A DNA stretch of 59,547 nt, filler included, from Sphacelaria rigidula (lineage: Eukaryota): NCBI GenBank assembly GCA_964200075.2. It is 4 parts of 4 records of this genome, joined end to end, with 100 filler letters (N's around TTAATTAATTAA, not from the genome) between each part and the next. Parts side by side here need not be neighbours in the genome. Positions count along the whole stretch, not along the records: positions 29,831 to 44,639 come from CAXNAA020002034.1; positions 44,740 to 59,547 come from CAXNAA020002035.1; 2 more parts are not named here. One strand, written 5' to 3'. Of the stretch, positions 34,701 through 47,456 are shown piece after piece. The notes beneath the pieces are model-generated. The model made no database searches, had not been told where the DNA came from, and saw nothing but the letters and a program-made list of their open reading frames with translations. The position numbers were made by a program, and so were the translations under genes. Numbering within the stretch: position 1 is the stretch's first letter; every line of letters begins with the position of its first letter.

Positions 34701-37700
34701 TGAAGGCTGCCCGAGTCCAGGCGGATGACGCACAAGACGACCCGGCGTTGCTCATCGGGCGCATCTCTCCCCTCTCCTTTGGAGGAGAATCCGACAATCC
34801 TAGCGTTAGCCAAAACAGTGTCGGGGGTGTCGATGGGGGTGTCACGGCGGCTTTACCTAGTGATGGCAGAGCGAGCGCGAAGAGTCCGGTGGCTGTACCG
34901 CAAAGTGACGATGCCCCCTCTGCTGCTGAAGGGCGACCGCGAACTAGAGAAGGCATCAGGGCGCTGCGACGGAAAGCCGAGGAAACCGCCCCTTGGTACA
35001 TGTTCGAACACCTGTCGTTGTCCTACCCTGAGGAAGAGCTAGAGTCTATTCATCAAGATATAATGGACCTGCTGGTGCACACCTTGGCACGTCGACCTCC
35101 TTCAGAGGAAGACGCAGGGAAAGCTTCCCCTCTAGTAGTAGACTTGTTACCTACGTTCTTTCGGATGAAAACAACGAATCGCAGAGCAGTTGGCGCTGAC
35201 GTCAGCAAGGCAGGCAAGGCTAGTCCTGGGGTATCAGGGGAGCGAATCGATTCTGCCGAAAAGGTGAGCGATATCTCAAAATGTTGATGCTCCCTTCCTT
35301 GAACGTAGCGTGGCTTATCGTAGTTTGCACTTGAGCAAATGAACTGGCATGGGATGGATGACAGCCTCAACCGGAGAACAACATATTTTTGTCCCAGCCA
35401 AAGTTCAAAAGGCGCGCGTGGGTGCTCACATGTACGAACGGGTGCATGGCTGCTGGTGGTTCTCGGGAGCTGACCCGCAAGTTGGATGGTGCTTTGAAAA
35501 TACGGTTTCATCGCGAAAGTCTCGTATCATAGCGCCTGAGTTTACGTGCAGCATTTTCTCCACGTGGAATCTTGCATCTGAATTTTGGCGCAATTTGCTC
35601 GGCACGTTGATCACATTTCACGCTGCGCAAAGCACCCGTCACCCCGCTTGGCAGGAGAACTTCGCTCGTTGGATTCATTTACCCGCATCTACACTATCCC
35701 TGCTTTTCCGGACCTTGGATCAATGCGCCGCGTAATATCGCCGTCGGGAGGTTGTCGGCGGGTGAGGCTTTCTCCCCCAAAGCGTCTGGGCGCAGTACAC
35801 TTCACACATGGATCGTCTGATACCGTCCACCCGCTCTATTCCCATTTTACAGGAAATGCCTGGCATGCCAACCTTGAGCTCGGACGAAGACAGTGACAAC
35901 GACAACGACGATTCAAGCCCAAGCACACCGAGTGATGGGGTGGGAGACACGGGAGGAGGCCCACCGCAACCGGGCACGCACTCTCGGGATTCAACTGGAA
36001 GTAGTGCCGGACGGATGGTGGATGTTGTTGCGAAGGATCCAGGCGTTTCCCTCTTCGCTCTTCCAGATAACCAAGAGATATTCCTCACCACTACAGATTT
36101 CTATGTTGCCTTGAGAATGCATCACATGCTCGCGGGAAGGCTCTCGGCAGCAAGGAGGCTGTGCCGGGAAGCAGGACGGTCACGTCAACCAGTGGTGGCC
36201 TGTTCTCAGGAGGTAATAATAGTAAAAGTAATGATTATGATATGTGTTCGCACAACAAGAAAGGTGTTTGTGCCGAACCCTAGCGGTTGCCGAAGTGAAA
36301 ATCAATTGTGTATTGTATGTACAACATGACGTTGAAACATCGCGGGTTGACTTCCTCATGGCGACTCACAACGAAACGCGAACACGGCGATCGCGGACAA
36401 CGCACTGTCAGAGACTTCTAAGGTGATGGATTCTTTGCACCCCGTGCGAGCATTTTTACGGTATAAGTCGTCACGTTACTTGTTGAGTAGATCGCTTGTC
36501 GAACTCTGCTGGTCTAGTACTGTGCCTGTTGTAACCTGTCGTAGCCTCTTGTGACCTGTTAGCTCACCGTTTTGCTGTTGTGGGTTGCATTCCGCGCGTT
36601 GTGTATGTTGCGGGCAGGTCCTGCAGGCGAGTGCGGGTGTGGACTCCAGCGCCGCTATCACGGGAGCACGCAGCATACAGTCTCAAGATAATGGGCAGTC
36701 GGCGGAGGTGGGATACAAGACTTTCCTGGGGCACTTATTCGATTTGCTGGAGGAAAGGATCAGTGGTGACCGCTACGACGAGGGTGTCCGTCAACTTGTA
36801 GGAAATCAGGTGCACGATGGAATAGCGTTGGCGGATATTATGACTGGTGTTATGTTTACTGCTGCGTGTTGGCGTACGGTGCCTGAAGCATTGACACCTT
36901 CGAGAGTGCACCATGCTCGGCCTGATACATGAGGTAGTATCGACACGCTGCGTGTCGGCCGTATTGTTTCCACGATTCTAGATGCAGCTGTAGTTGTAGG
37001 TATGTACTGTTTGCATGAGTATCGGGAACTGTTCATGAGTAAAGAGCAGTCCCTGACTCCAATCCCCGTCTTTTCCAGCCGTGACGTGAAATTCAAACGC
37101 GTCATATCACAAATTAGAGCAGTCGAAGTTGTCACGCAGACGCACATCATGAACGACCACGATGTTATGCAGTCGTTCACCGAAGTTGGCAGAAAAGCCT
37201 CCTGTAGACCTGAACCGCTCACAAGGCACCTCGCTCGTGTCACAGAACGCGGTGTGGCGTTCGTGGGTCGCTGTCGTATAACCGAGCATGTACTCTGCCA
37301 ACATTTGCTGGTACACGACAGTTGTCCAAGATATACTCCGTACAACATTGGTGCGTACATGAAACTTTTGTATTGTAATTCCGGTAGCACACTTGTTAGG
37401 GTAAGCGCAGTAGGGCCCAGGACACCATAAAGCGGGAAGGGGCGTTACCGCGATGAAGACTAACTACACTATCATGGCACAATTGTGGACCTCAACGAAA
37501 GTCCACACAAGGGGAAAAATCAGTGGGGTACTCATGTCCATCATGTCCACCATGTCTATCATGTCCATCACACGCTGAGGGTATGGATAGGAGCCACAGC
37601 CCACAAACACGTTTGGACAAAAAGCAAGCACCACGTCCATCGTTACTCTTCTAGTCGTCCACCGCAGGCACAGCAGCGTATCTCCATGTCATACAGCACG

Positions 37701-39994
37701 GCGTGGAGTTGGTTGGGTGGCGTGAGTTTGCGTTCAATCGGGGATCTGATTCACAACGATGACCAGAGCAACGTCAAGCGGTTTCGATTTGGTGAACGAA
37801 ATGGAGATCTTGTCTTTTTTTCTTCATCCCCTCCCGCACATGCAAATCCCGATATTGTTTCACGTGAAGAAATGTCCTTGCGCTTGGCCCTAGCTTGAGA
37901 ACTCCCAGTCTTCGCTGAAACACATGTCATGCATGTCATGGACAACAAGGAGAACTCACGCGGTGCATGTGCAGTCGACATTTTGGGTATTGCAATCAAA
38001 CACCACTAAGACCCACACACGTCTCGGATGACACGTCTTCTGACGAATTCTGATTAATTCTTCACTACAGGACACGCTAACCAAGATGGAATCTGGACTG
38101 CATGTGCACTAGATCACTAGATCACTAGATCACTAGATCACTGGGCCACTAGATCTCTAGATTGAGCTTGTGGGCAGCGGTGTATACATTTGGCCTTCGC
38201 CAATCCTTGCTCACAGGGTAGATCTTCTCGCTTTAAGATTCAGTAGTGTCCCATGATTTGTTCAGTAAAATTTGCCATGTTGGTACGTACGTCTGACAAA
38301 GTTGCCGAGTCGGTCCGTGGTAGAAAGAACACTGTGGAATTTATCTCGGCTTTGTCGGTTTCTCAGACTCCTGTTGATCGGGAACCGCAACAAACTAGTC
38401 GAACCATATGAAATCGAGGAGTATCAATGACAAAAGACGTCGGGATTTCCTCCAGGAACCCGCATGTGAAAAATATTGTGCAGCTGTTGAAGATGACGTG
38501 AGGCATGGGTCTCGAATGCACTTCAGGCTTTTCTACCGCGGACCAGCCTGTACTGATTTTCTCTGCATGCACACAGTTTGAGAAGTTGAGCCACACTACG
38601 CTCATCCAGTGAGGTTCTTGCGAGCTGTCTATCATCGGAGGTTACTTTTGAGTCGGTAGGCATTGTCATCTCGCGGCAGCACCAGCTACCGTATCAGCAT
38701 GTCGGCATGTGCCTGAAAAACGTATGCTTGTACTTTGGTGCTGCATCTCCACTTTTGTTGCACAGGGCTACGTCCTCGGCCAGTTGGACAAGCTGGTTGT
38801 GGGGCTCCTCCAGAATCTCTGCCGTGCGAGTACGGACAAGGTGTTTGTCAAGCTCTGTGACCTCTATCGCTACGAACGCACCACACAACCGGATGGGGTC
38901 GTACCTGCCAAGTACAGGAGCGATGCTGAGCGACTTTTGCGTCGCTCGGACAGTGAGGTGCGACCACTGGAGCGTACGATTATTGTGTTGCCTTGTGCTG
39001 CTCTCCTCAGCTGGTCCGCGTAATATGTATGAAAAGTTGTTAACTGAACTTTTCTCGAGATCTGTACCTAAAACGCATATGCTTGATTTTGACAACAAAA
39101 CCAACGCAACATCGTAACCGTATTTATGCTATGAAGTGCTTGTTCATGGAGAAAATAAAAACGTGTACGCTGAAGGTCGGTGGGAGCGTGCATTCTCCAA
39201 TTACCCCCCCCCCCCCCCCCTCCCACACACACTCACCATTTGGCACATTCAATGAAATGTGAGAAGATCGGAACAAAATTGAAAAAGGTGGCTAGGGTCA
39301 GGCCTTACAGCGGAAGGGCGGTCAAGTACACCTCTCAATTTTTCATGAGACACCCTTGTACGACGGGGAGTGAGATGGTTCAAACTCGAGATTCAAACGA
39401 GATGGTTCAAACTCGAGATTCAAACGAGATGGTTCAAACTCACTCGTCATGCATCCTACTTTTACTGTATACTTTCCCACGAGCCATGAGGTGAAAGTGC
39501 TCACGCAGACTTGTACACAGTGCGAAGCTCGTGAGGGTTGCCTTCTCTAATTTTCGACCTTCATCTCGTATGTTTGCTTTGGTCAAGAGCTCGATAGATG
39601 GTTACCCGTCTTGTCATCATGACTTCTCATTTCGAGCACACCAGCTTGTGTTGTCACGTGAAAGCACGCTTGCCCACGGTTGTGTTCGGTCGCTTAGAAG
39701 ACAACCCTGCAGTCGAGCGTGTGCGACCCCATTCCATAGTTCAATCTCCTTTTTTTTCCCTTTGCAACCTCCTGCATCCAGGTGGTGAGGGCGCAGTATC
39801 ACCCTGGAGCGACAGAGGCAATGGGATCGCAGATGGTGAAGCCGACTCTCAAGATGGAGTATATTGGTTGTGTGAACGCTGGTGCTCGCGAGGAGGAAAG
39901 CCATGGAGGCGATTGTCCGGCAGAGAGTATACCGCACTCTGTAGCTGGTGGTACCGAGAGCAACTCACCTGTCACAATGATGGATACCATGTAG
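31701..39994 (+). CDS. SIN3: SIN3-like paired amphipathic helix co-repressor (HDAC complex scaffold), 7 exons
   Basis: Predicted exons 31701-32016, 32357-32650, 33030-35263, 35853-36212, 36618-36809, 38766-38957 and 39782-39994, all GT-AG and phase-consistent. Domains: PAH1 (DAMEYLDAVK..FNRFLP), PAH2 (FDHAINYVTCIKRRF..FTYFLP), PAH3 (EHQFFDQAR..), HDAC-interaction domain (TPSYR..LNDRWVS..SED..FKHMRRNPHEDVLFKVEDERFELD..KSLDHRS) and Sin3 C-terminal motif (YDEGVRQLVGNQGYVLGQLDKLV). Confidence 0.92.
38108..38162 (+). repeat. 8-bp minisatellite (ACTAGATC)n, intronic
   Basis: Directly visible in the sequence. Confidence 0.85.
39373..39441 (+). repeat. 27-bp tandem repeat, about 2.6 copies, intronic
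   Basis: gagatggttcaaactcgagattcaaac is repeated. Confidence 0.85.
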
Positions 39995-40474
39995 ACGTTC
40001 TGTGGTGTAGTGGAGTGGGCCGTTCACGTTTCCATCTCGAGTTGATATATGAATAAAATCGGCGTCCTTGCCGTTTTGTATGGATTGCGTGTGTGCGTTG
40101 GAGCGCCTGTGTTGTAGGGAAATATCAGTTACAGATGAATGTGATGCATCCGGAAATTGCACGGTGCGGATGGTTGATCTGTCCTGTGGATGATTTCCCC
40201 TCGTTCGGAGCATGATTTGTTGTAGAAGTGATGTGAGGTGGAAGAGTATCAAACGATTTGATGTAAAAAACATGTAAAATATTCGTCCTTTATATTTATT
40301 GTTTCGATACCAAAATGAACGTCACCGCGTACTGTATATATATCCCATCTCTCCCCCTACAATCATTCCTCGTCAAGTCAGGAAAACTCGGAGCAAGTGT
40401 CAGGATGACTCGCAGCATCCGAGGCTGCAACAACTTGCCGATCATCAAAAGTGTACTCGAGCTGAGTATAGTAT

Positions 40475-41443
40475 CTATCGCACAACCACTTCCCCATGGA
40501 CCATCTTTGGGAACACCCTCTTATACAAATTGAGACAGACCGTGTCATGTTGCTTCACGGCCTTGTTGAATGTGACTTTCATCAGGCCGTGAGTTCCTAC
40601 TGGTTCCTTGATATGGCCCGTCAACCCGTATTTGGTTACTAGCTCTGCTGGCTTGAACCATTTCACATCTTCCGGGCCATGGAACATGTGCTTAACAATA
40701 GCTTTCCGTTTACGCACACGGATTGGGTATCCAGTGAGCACGATTTTTTTTAGCACAATACGATCTGGGTCAACTCCAAGAAGAGTCCCGGTAGCTACCA
40801 ACACAGTCCGCTTCTGTGCACCACTATCCGTTGCGGCGACTTCCTTGAACACCAGCACCGGACACGGTTGAAATGTGGTTGGCCCGTAGACGCTCGCGGC
40901 CGAGAAACAATCGGCTCGTAGAAATCGCTCGTACTTATGCTTGTCGCAGTTAAGGTTAGCTTGGCTGAAGACCGGCTTGGCTGTCCATCTCCGAAATCCA
41001 CACTGGAATACGAGTGGGTCCTTAGATGGCACGGGTTCCACAAACCGAGCGTCGCGTCGGATATTGAAGTTCAAGACACTCAGACGGTGCTCGTGCTTCA
41101 AGAGCGAGAACATGATGATGGGCGAGTCCTTCCCACCGAGGAGTGCCTTACGAGCATCCAGCAGATTGAGGGGCACCTTGTCAATCATCACCTCTACATA
41201 CAATCCAGACGCGACGTAGCTTTCATTCTCGTCCACGGTGTGCGGTTTCTCCATCATTTCTGCGTGCACAGCACCACCAGGCAAGACTTCCTCCACATCC
41301 ATCTCACTTGACGCAAGCGAGGGTCGACGGCTTGATCCACCGGTGCTACCGGCCTTACTGCCCATGAGCTGCTGATTTTGGTGACGCTCCATGGTTCGTC
41401 CAGTTGCCATGATGCTTTTTTGTACGGCAGCGAAATCTTCGAA
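40475..41443 (-). CDS. TSR1: Pre-rRNA processing / 40S biogenesis protein TSR1, terminal exon (Bms1/Tsr1 C-terminal domain); upstream exons not found in this contig
   Basis: Motifs LLKHEHRLSVLNF, SKDPLVFQCGFRR, DKHKYERF, DPDRIVLKKIVLTGYP, MFHGPEDVKWFKP, GHIKEPVGTHGLMK and DTVCLNLYKRVFPK. Acceptor tttacag|TTC at 41443. Confidence 0.93.
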   Translation of the reverse strand, partial: FEDFAAVQKSIMATGRTMERHQNQQLMGSKAGSTGGSSRRPSLASSEMDVEEVLPGGAVHAEMMEKPHTVDENESYVASGLYVEVMIDKVPLNLLDARKALLGGKDSPIIMFSLLKHEHRLSVLNFNIRRDARFVEPVPSKDPLVFQCGFRRWTAKPVFSQANLNCDKHKYERFLRADCFSAASVYGPTTFQPCPVLVFKEVAATDSGAQKRTVLVATGTLLGVDPDRIVLKKIVLTGYPIRVRKRKAIVKHMFHGPEDVKWFKPAELVTKYGLTGHIKEPVGTHGLMKVTFNKAVKQHDTVCLNLYKRVFPKMVHGEVVVR

Positions 41444-43212
41444 CTGTAAAGCAGGACACATGAAAAGATACGCGTGGCTTCAGGCATCCGTCTGACGACG
41501 CAGTTCGTGCGCAGTGCGATGATCATGTACATTGGGGGCATGCATCGCAAGTGGTCTCCACAACCAATACAAGGATATTAGACAAAGACAGCGCGGGAAC
41601 TCAAGTTTCGGTGTCCTCACGTGTATCACGGACAGCTAGCCTATTTTCCTGTACAACACTGGAAATTAAAATGTACTCATTTGTCTGTCTGTCGGATCTA
41701 TTCATCCCTCAAGCCTGACCCTTGCCAACTCTTCGACTTCTTCGGAACTTGTCACCCTTGCCGTTTGACTCCCGTGCGGCAACGATTACCGACGGTCATT
41801 ACGCGAATGCTCGGCCTGGGTCAACCACCACACCCTCCTGGCGTGGCGTGTGTATCAATTCTCACATTCTACCAAGCCCAATCATGGTGGATGTTGTTTA
41901 AAGAATGCAGATCACCATCCACCGCTCGCATACAGTACACGGAAACTTCCAACTGTAGGTATAGGTTGGTACTGTGATGAGGTTATCACGCATGACGTGC
42001 GTCTTCGAAGTCAAACTGGCAACGACTACAGAGAACTGTCACGCAAACGCTCGGCTTGGGCCAAACCACACCTTCTGGGGTGGCGTATTTGTCGACTTTT
42101 CTTTGAACAAGTCGAATATACAATGATCTAAACTAAAATCAAGTGTATGTAGAAGTGACAAAACACGCCGTATGCAGGTGTATGACCGCAAGATATGTCT
42201 ATCTTGTTTCGTCTTCATCGTGTTTCATCACGTTTTTCAGTTGTGTTTGTGAAATGATCATGTGCCTATTCAAATTAGAATCTGTCATTGTTATTTTGAT
42301 CAATACGCCTATATGCAAGAGTGATGCCACGATGGCTATCCTCCGCCCAAAACCGGGCCCAAAACTTTCACAAAGAAAATGATCATACAACACATGATGG
42401 TTTCAGACTGCATGAAGCGACTCAAATGAGCGACTGTGGCGAAAACGATCCCAAGCGTGGATGTTCCCAGCTGCTCGGTATGCTCCGCTCTTTTTGTTTT
42501 GATGTACATATAAATTTCACCACCTCAAACCAGCCACTCCTGTGCGAGGGGGGGCTACCGTGGCACCAGTTGCAAGTGTGCCGTATGATGGTGCGTCCAT
42601 CCATCATGTGCTACACTACCTAGGCTTTAGCTTCGCATGCGCGCATAAGGTTTGGCTTAATTTGGCTTTTTGGGCTTGAAATAAGCTTTTTTATTAACTG
42701 AAGCAAGCTCAAAATTTCTGACAAGCTTTTTGTGTACTTGAAACGAGCATAAAGCTGCGATAATTTTTAATGCGCCTCCTCTAACCATTGCAGAAGCGTC
42801 TGAAAGTGCCCGCTATGGCCGGTGGCATGACTCGTCACCCGTCACCAGAAAGGTTTTAATACTCTCAACTACCAGGGTTGCGGGTCTGATCCGGAACCGT
42901 TTCGCTGTAAATTTCAAAATCGTGATACTATGTTGAATGGACATATATCATCAAGATGCCGTACTTTTTTCCCTTTAAAAGCTGGTTTGGGGCGGCGTTC
43001 AAACTCAAAGATCAAAGGAAAGTTGTGTTCTTGAAATATACATATTTTTTCAAACCTCGAATACCCAAATTGTCGCCCTCTCGTGCTAGAAGGCTCGCCT
43101 CATGGGGGGATACTGCCACAACGCCACAACAAAGACGCGAAGTAGGCGCATGAAGTACGCATATTTTCACTGGAAAAAGGTTCAAAATGGGGGCTTGAAA
43201 TAAGGTGGCGAA

Positions 43213-43678
43213 GGCTACTTCTTATGTATCAAAAAATAAAACTCATTGAAAAGTGCATTTTTGGCCCTTCGTCGTTTTCCCCCCGAAACGAGTGCTGGGC
43301 GGCTGTTAACATCTTGGGATGACTTGCTCTACTCGCTGTGACGGTTCCAGAGCACCTTTGCGTTTCCCGTAGGTCACGGTTTCGTTTTTGGCCAAGCTTT
43401 GATTTTCAATAACGAACGGCCAAGTTACCAAAAAAATGTCAGTTTTCCTCCTGTTTTTAGATAACTTGGCCGTTTTTCATTAGAAATGCAAGTTTGGCCA
43501 AAACGGAAACCGTGACCTACGGGAAACGCAAAGGTGCTCTGGAACCGTCACAGCGAGTAGAGCAAGTCATCCCAAGGTGTCAACAGCCACCTAGCACTCG
43601 TTTCGGGGGAAAACGAAGGAGAAGGGCCAAAAATGACCTTTTCAACAAGGTTTACTTTTGGATACATAAGAAGTAGCC
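43213..43678. mobile_element. Fold-back MITE, PIF/Harbinger-like termini
   Basis: Near-perfect ~220-bp arms ggctacttcttatgtatc ... gatacataagaagtagcc. The flanks gaa/caa may be a decayed TAA. Confidence 0.88.
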
Positions 43679-44639
43679 CAAGTATGTAAAAAATGAGCAT
43701 GATGAAAAAAAAACGCGCATATGAAGCTGAAGCCTATCCCTACCCCATCTAGCCAACTTGCACGAGGTTCTCGATCGATCATCGTACGCCATGTCTGGGA
43801 ATGCGCCAAAAGCCCCACTCAAACTCCATCTTGCCAACTTTCAATTTCGAAACTGTCCGCTGGAGAATAGCGCGCCAATATCGTTCACTGACGTTGCATG
43901 ACAACTGCTCACCGACATTTACCCCAACACTGTCAGTGGCGTGCGCTCGGAAAGGCTTGCAGACACAAGGGAAAATAGTTTCTAAACTCCATGTTCATCA
44001 ATTGTAACTCTCCACACCGCAGCACACCGTACAAGGCGCAGTACTGACTACTTTGATCTACAGTAATAGAAAAATGCAAGGATCGGACGAATTGATGATT
44101 TGTCTGAGAACTACCTGACTTCAGTGTAATTGACTCGTACCATACGAATCAATCGAGGGCACGTCGAGAAGAGTATACTCAATACTCGGTATTTTCGAAG
44201 AGTCATACTTTAGTACTCGAAATTTGAGTAGAGTATCGAGGTCGTACCCAAGTGAAACTCTCTACCCAAGTATTTCTGAGAGTGCTTGCTCAAAATCTAA
44301 GTAGAGTATCTGAAGCCGGGTCCGATGTACCACCGCTGACTCTCCCATGGAGGAGTCACATGTGCGGCCAGTAGAGTGGCTCCTTTTGACAATACCTACC
44401 CGGCAACCCGTCTACTCGATCACTTAATGATGATGAGTACTGTAGAGTTTTTGAGGCCGTACTCAAGCTTTCGGAGCCACAGACGGCTGTACGGAGGACA
44501 AATACCAGTCATTCGGAATTGACCGCGTCCTCTGGCCGTCAGCGGCGAATAAGGAGGGGGGGGGGGGGGGGGGTACTCAAGATCATGCATGCCATAGTCA
44601 TCAGACCATTGACCTCGCATCCCGACAAAGCCAGGAGGG

Positions 44640-44739
44640 NNNNNNNNNNNNNNNNNNNNNNNNNNNNNNNNNNNNNNNNNNNNTTAATTAATTAANNNNN
44701 NNNNNNNNNNNNNNNNNNNNNNNNNNNNNNNNNNNNNNN
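44640..44739. other. Artificial contig-joining spacer
   Basis: N44-TTAATTAATTAA-N44. Confidence 0.97.
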
Positions 44740-47456
44740 ATGCGGAGTGAAAAAAGATACCTATGGTGGTGACCTAACTGTTGCTAGCGTGGCGCATAGG
44801 CAATCTGCAGCACACGCTGGTCGCGTGAACAGCTCGGTACAGTACGAGTAGCTTCCCACAAGTAGTAATTATTCCGATGTCAGGAGGTCATGGGTTATTG
44901 CAAGTTGGGAGGAGAGACGAGAGTGCTCTACGATCAACCGCATGTCGTTACATTCGAGACCCACGGCATCAACCGCCAAGGGTGGGGTCTTGTGGCTTTC
45001 ACGCGACGCCGAGGGCTGTACGGCAGGCAAAGCGGATCATAGCTACCTTTCGTTGCTCTACCGCACGTACGCCCGTCTGCTCAGAGGTGGTCACGGTAAC
45101 AAACTGCCCCGAAGTCGCAAGAACACCTGTGAAAGCTAGAGAGTTTGAATTTTTTTAACTGCATCGAAACAATTAAAACGGTTCTCAAAACCTGAGAGAA
45201 AGTGGCCGCTTCGGGTCCAGTTAAACATCCGAATATTTGTGCAACCCTACCGTTGCATCGCTTTCAGGGAGATCGGGGAGCATGATGTCGTTTATTTGAA
45301 TCACACTCCAACCCTTCCGTTTCTCGGGACGAGTCCGTGATATCAAGGGATCAATCCATGTCTTCTCGCATCCTCACGCTTGTACATCCGATTTTCTCCC
45401 GTGGATGGATATTTCGGACTCCAGTTCGTTGGGCAATATATTTCCGCCTAGCTCCGCCGAGGAAACCAGCTCATTTCTCCGATTCTCTGGACGCCGACTT
45501 TTGGTTCATCATATTTCTACTCAGATGCGGAAGACTCCCCAGATTTTTTCTGCCGTCAAAATTCCTCCCCAAAAATTGAACAATTGAGCCGCGCATGGCC
45601 GATGAACTTGTGGCGACGGAGTCTCCGCCGGCCGAGCTCGCATTGCCACTTTTACACGACCCCACTCGGCTCACACATGAGCCGGGTTCGTCAACCCTGA
45701 CCGTGATTCGGGCCTGTCATCCTCCAATCCCCGGTGCGGGTTATGTTCATGTTCCTTCCTTCCGTACTCCGGGTGCATTATCGCATCCATCTCTCGGTAT
45801 ATGTTGCGTCCCAAACCCAGCGTCTGCAAGGTTTACCAACAACTCCAACTTCACTTTTGCCCCCTCAAACCAGCGACTAGTTTCAGTAAACAGGAACACA
45901 GCACGTTACACAGACACGACACGCGACACCACAGCCAGGTACAGCACCACCCTGACCATCCTGCCCTATCGTGATTTATTCCGTCAACACACAATGGATC
46001 GAGTAGACATCCATGTAGAACAAAGTTTTCGTGATAATGAGAGTAGAGCGCTGATTGAGAGTGGCTTCGGTCATTCGCTTTGCCTCCATCACTAGCGTAT
46101 GCTTACAGCGGCACGTCGTAATCCTACTCAGGAATATCAAGGGCCTCAGTGGCAAGCTACTGCGTGCAGAAAGCGTATCGGGCCTCGTGGAGGGGCATTT
46201 CGGAGGTGAAACGATTCAGTCACGAATTGGCCATTTTTCACTCTCAATCGTATCCTCTACTCTCAATCTCACGAAAACATTGTTGTAAGAGTAATGCTAT
46301 GATGGGAGGGCAGGGGAGAAGGTATTTGGGGCAACTTCCTCCACGAAATATCACCTCAAATCGTCGTTGAAAGCAGCAATGTTTGTTCGAACGCGCTTGT
46401 TTCCACTTCCAACGTTCTTTCATACTGCTTCACCCCCGCTCCCCTCCTATTGCACTATGGCTCGCAACCATGCAGCAAGCGACAACCCAACATCCCGCGT
46501 ACACATTCATTTGTCATACAGCGTTCTACTCTCCATCGTTGTAAAATGTATCGATTCAGCAACCGACGGAACACCGAACCACCTTCATATAACGTACTGG
46601 TACAAGAGTAAAATGAAAGAAGACGTATCTACAACACAAAAAAGTCGGTATTTCGAGGTACCCAAGGCATCTACACCCCAAGTCAATGACAACATGTAAG
46701 AGAATGGATCACTTGCTCCGCACACTCCCAACGACACGCGACACGCTAAGGACAACGGAATTTCTTCGCAAATCCGGACGGCGGCCCCTCTGATGAGGCA
46801 ATAAAGACCTCAACAAATACTCGCATACTCGCAAAAAGTGTCACCATGCGAAAATAAGCGCGCGCGGGAGGGGGGGATAACAGTAGCTATAAATGTCATG
46901 ACCATGTATTGTTGATGGACGATTTCTGTCGACGACGCAGGAGTACAGTGTGAATGCAGCAAGACCATTCCTGTTTATTCCTAGATAGACCGGATTTGCG
47001 CGGTCGGCGCGCAAGCATGGGAAATCAATTGCCGCCTCCGCCTTTTCGCCGTTTCGTCTTTTCGTTCTAAATTGTGTTTCATTTCGCAAAACACTCGATT
47101 GCATATATCCGTCCTCATCTCGTCATACTTCTAACATCTCCCCTTCCTCGGGATCTTCCCGTAGTCTCAGCGGATCGACACCTCTCCTTCAGCGTATACC
47201 TTCTCTGCAGCACAGATTGGACCAGCACTGCCGCACCACCTCGACGCTCAATGTCTCTTTGGTACTGACATATTCGTGTTTTGAATTTGCACTTCCGGTA
47301 CTCGAAACCCTCAACTTCACCCTACCGCTCTAGAACTAGCGTCAATGTACACCAGTGAGAGCACCGGGTCAGGACGGCATAAATTGTAGCTTTATCGACT
47401 ACCCAGTGACTGTTCGCGCTTGTGTTGCCGCGACCACTTCATTTGCTTCAGAAAAC

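Noticed and set aside
31701-41443. Functional linkage of SIN3 with the EsV-1-7 protein as a repressor system
   Set aside because: They lie on different, artificially joined contigs.
45595-46095. 166-aa ATG ORF (MADELVATES...)
   Set aside because: No recognisable domain or supporting exon structure. It could be a first exon, but this cannot be supported.
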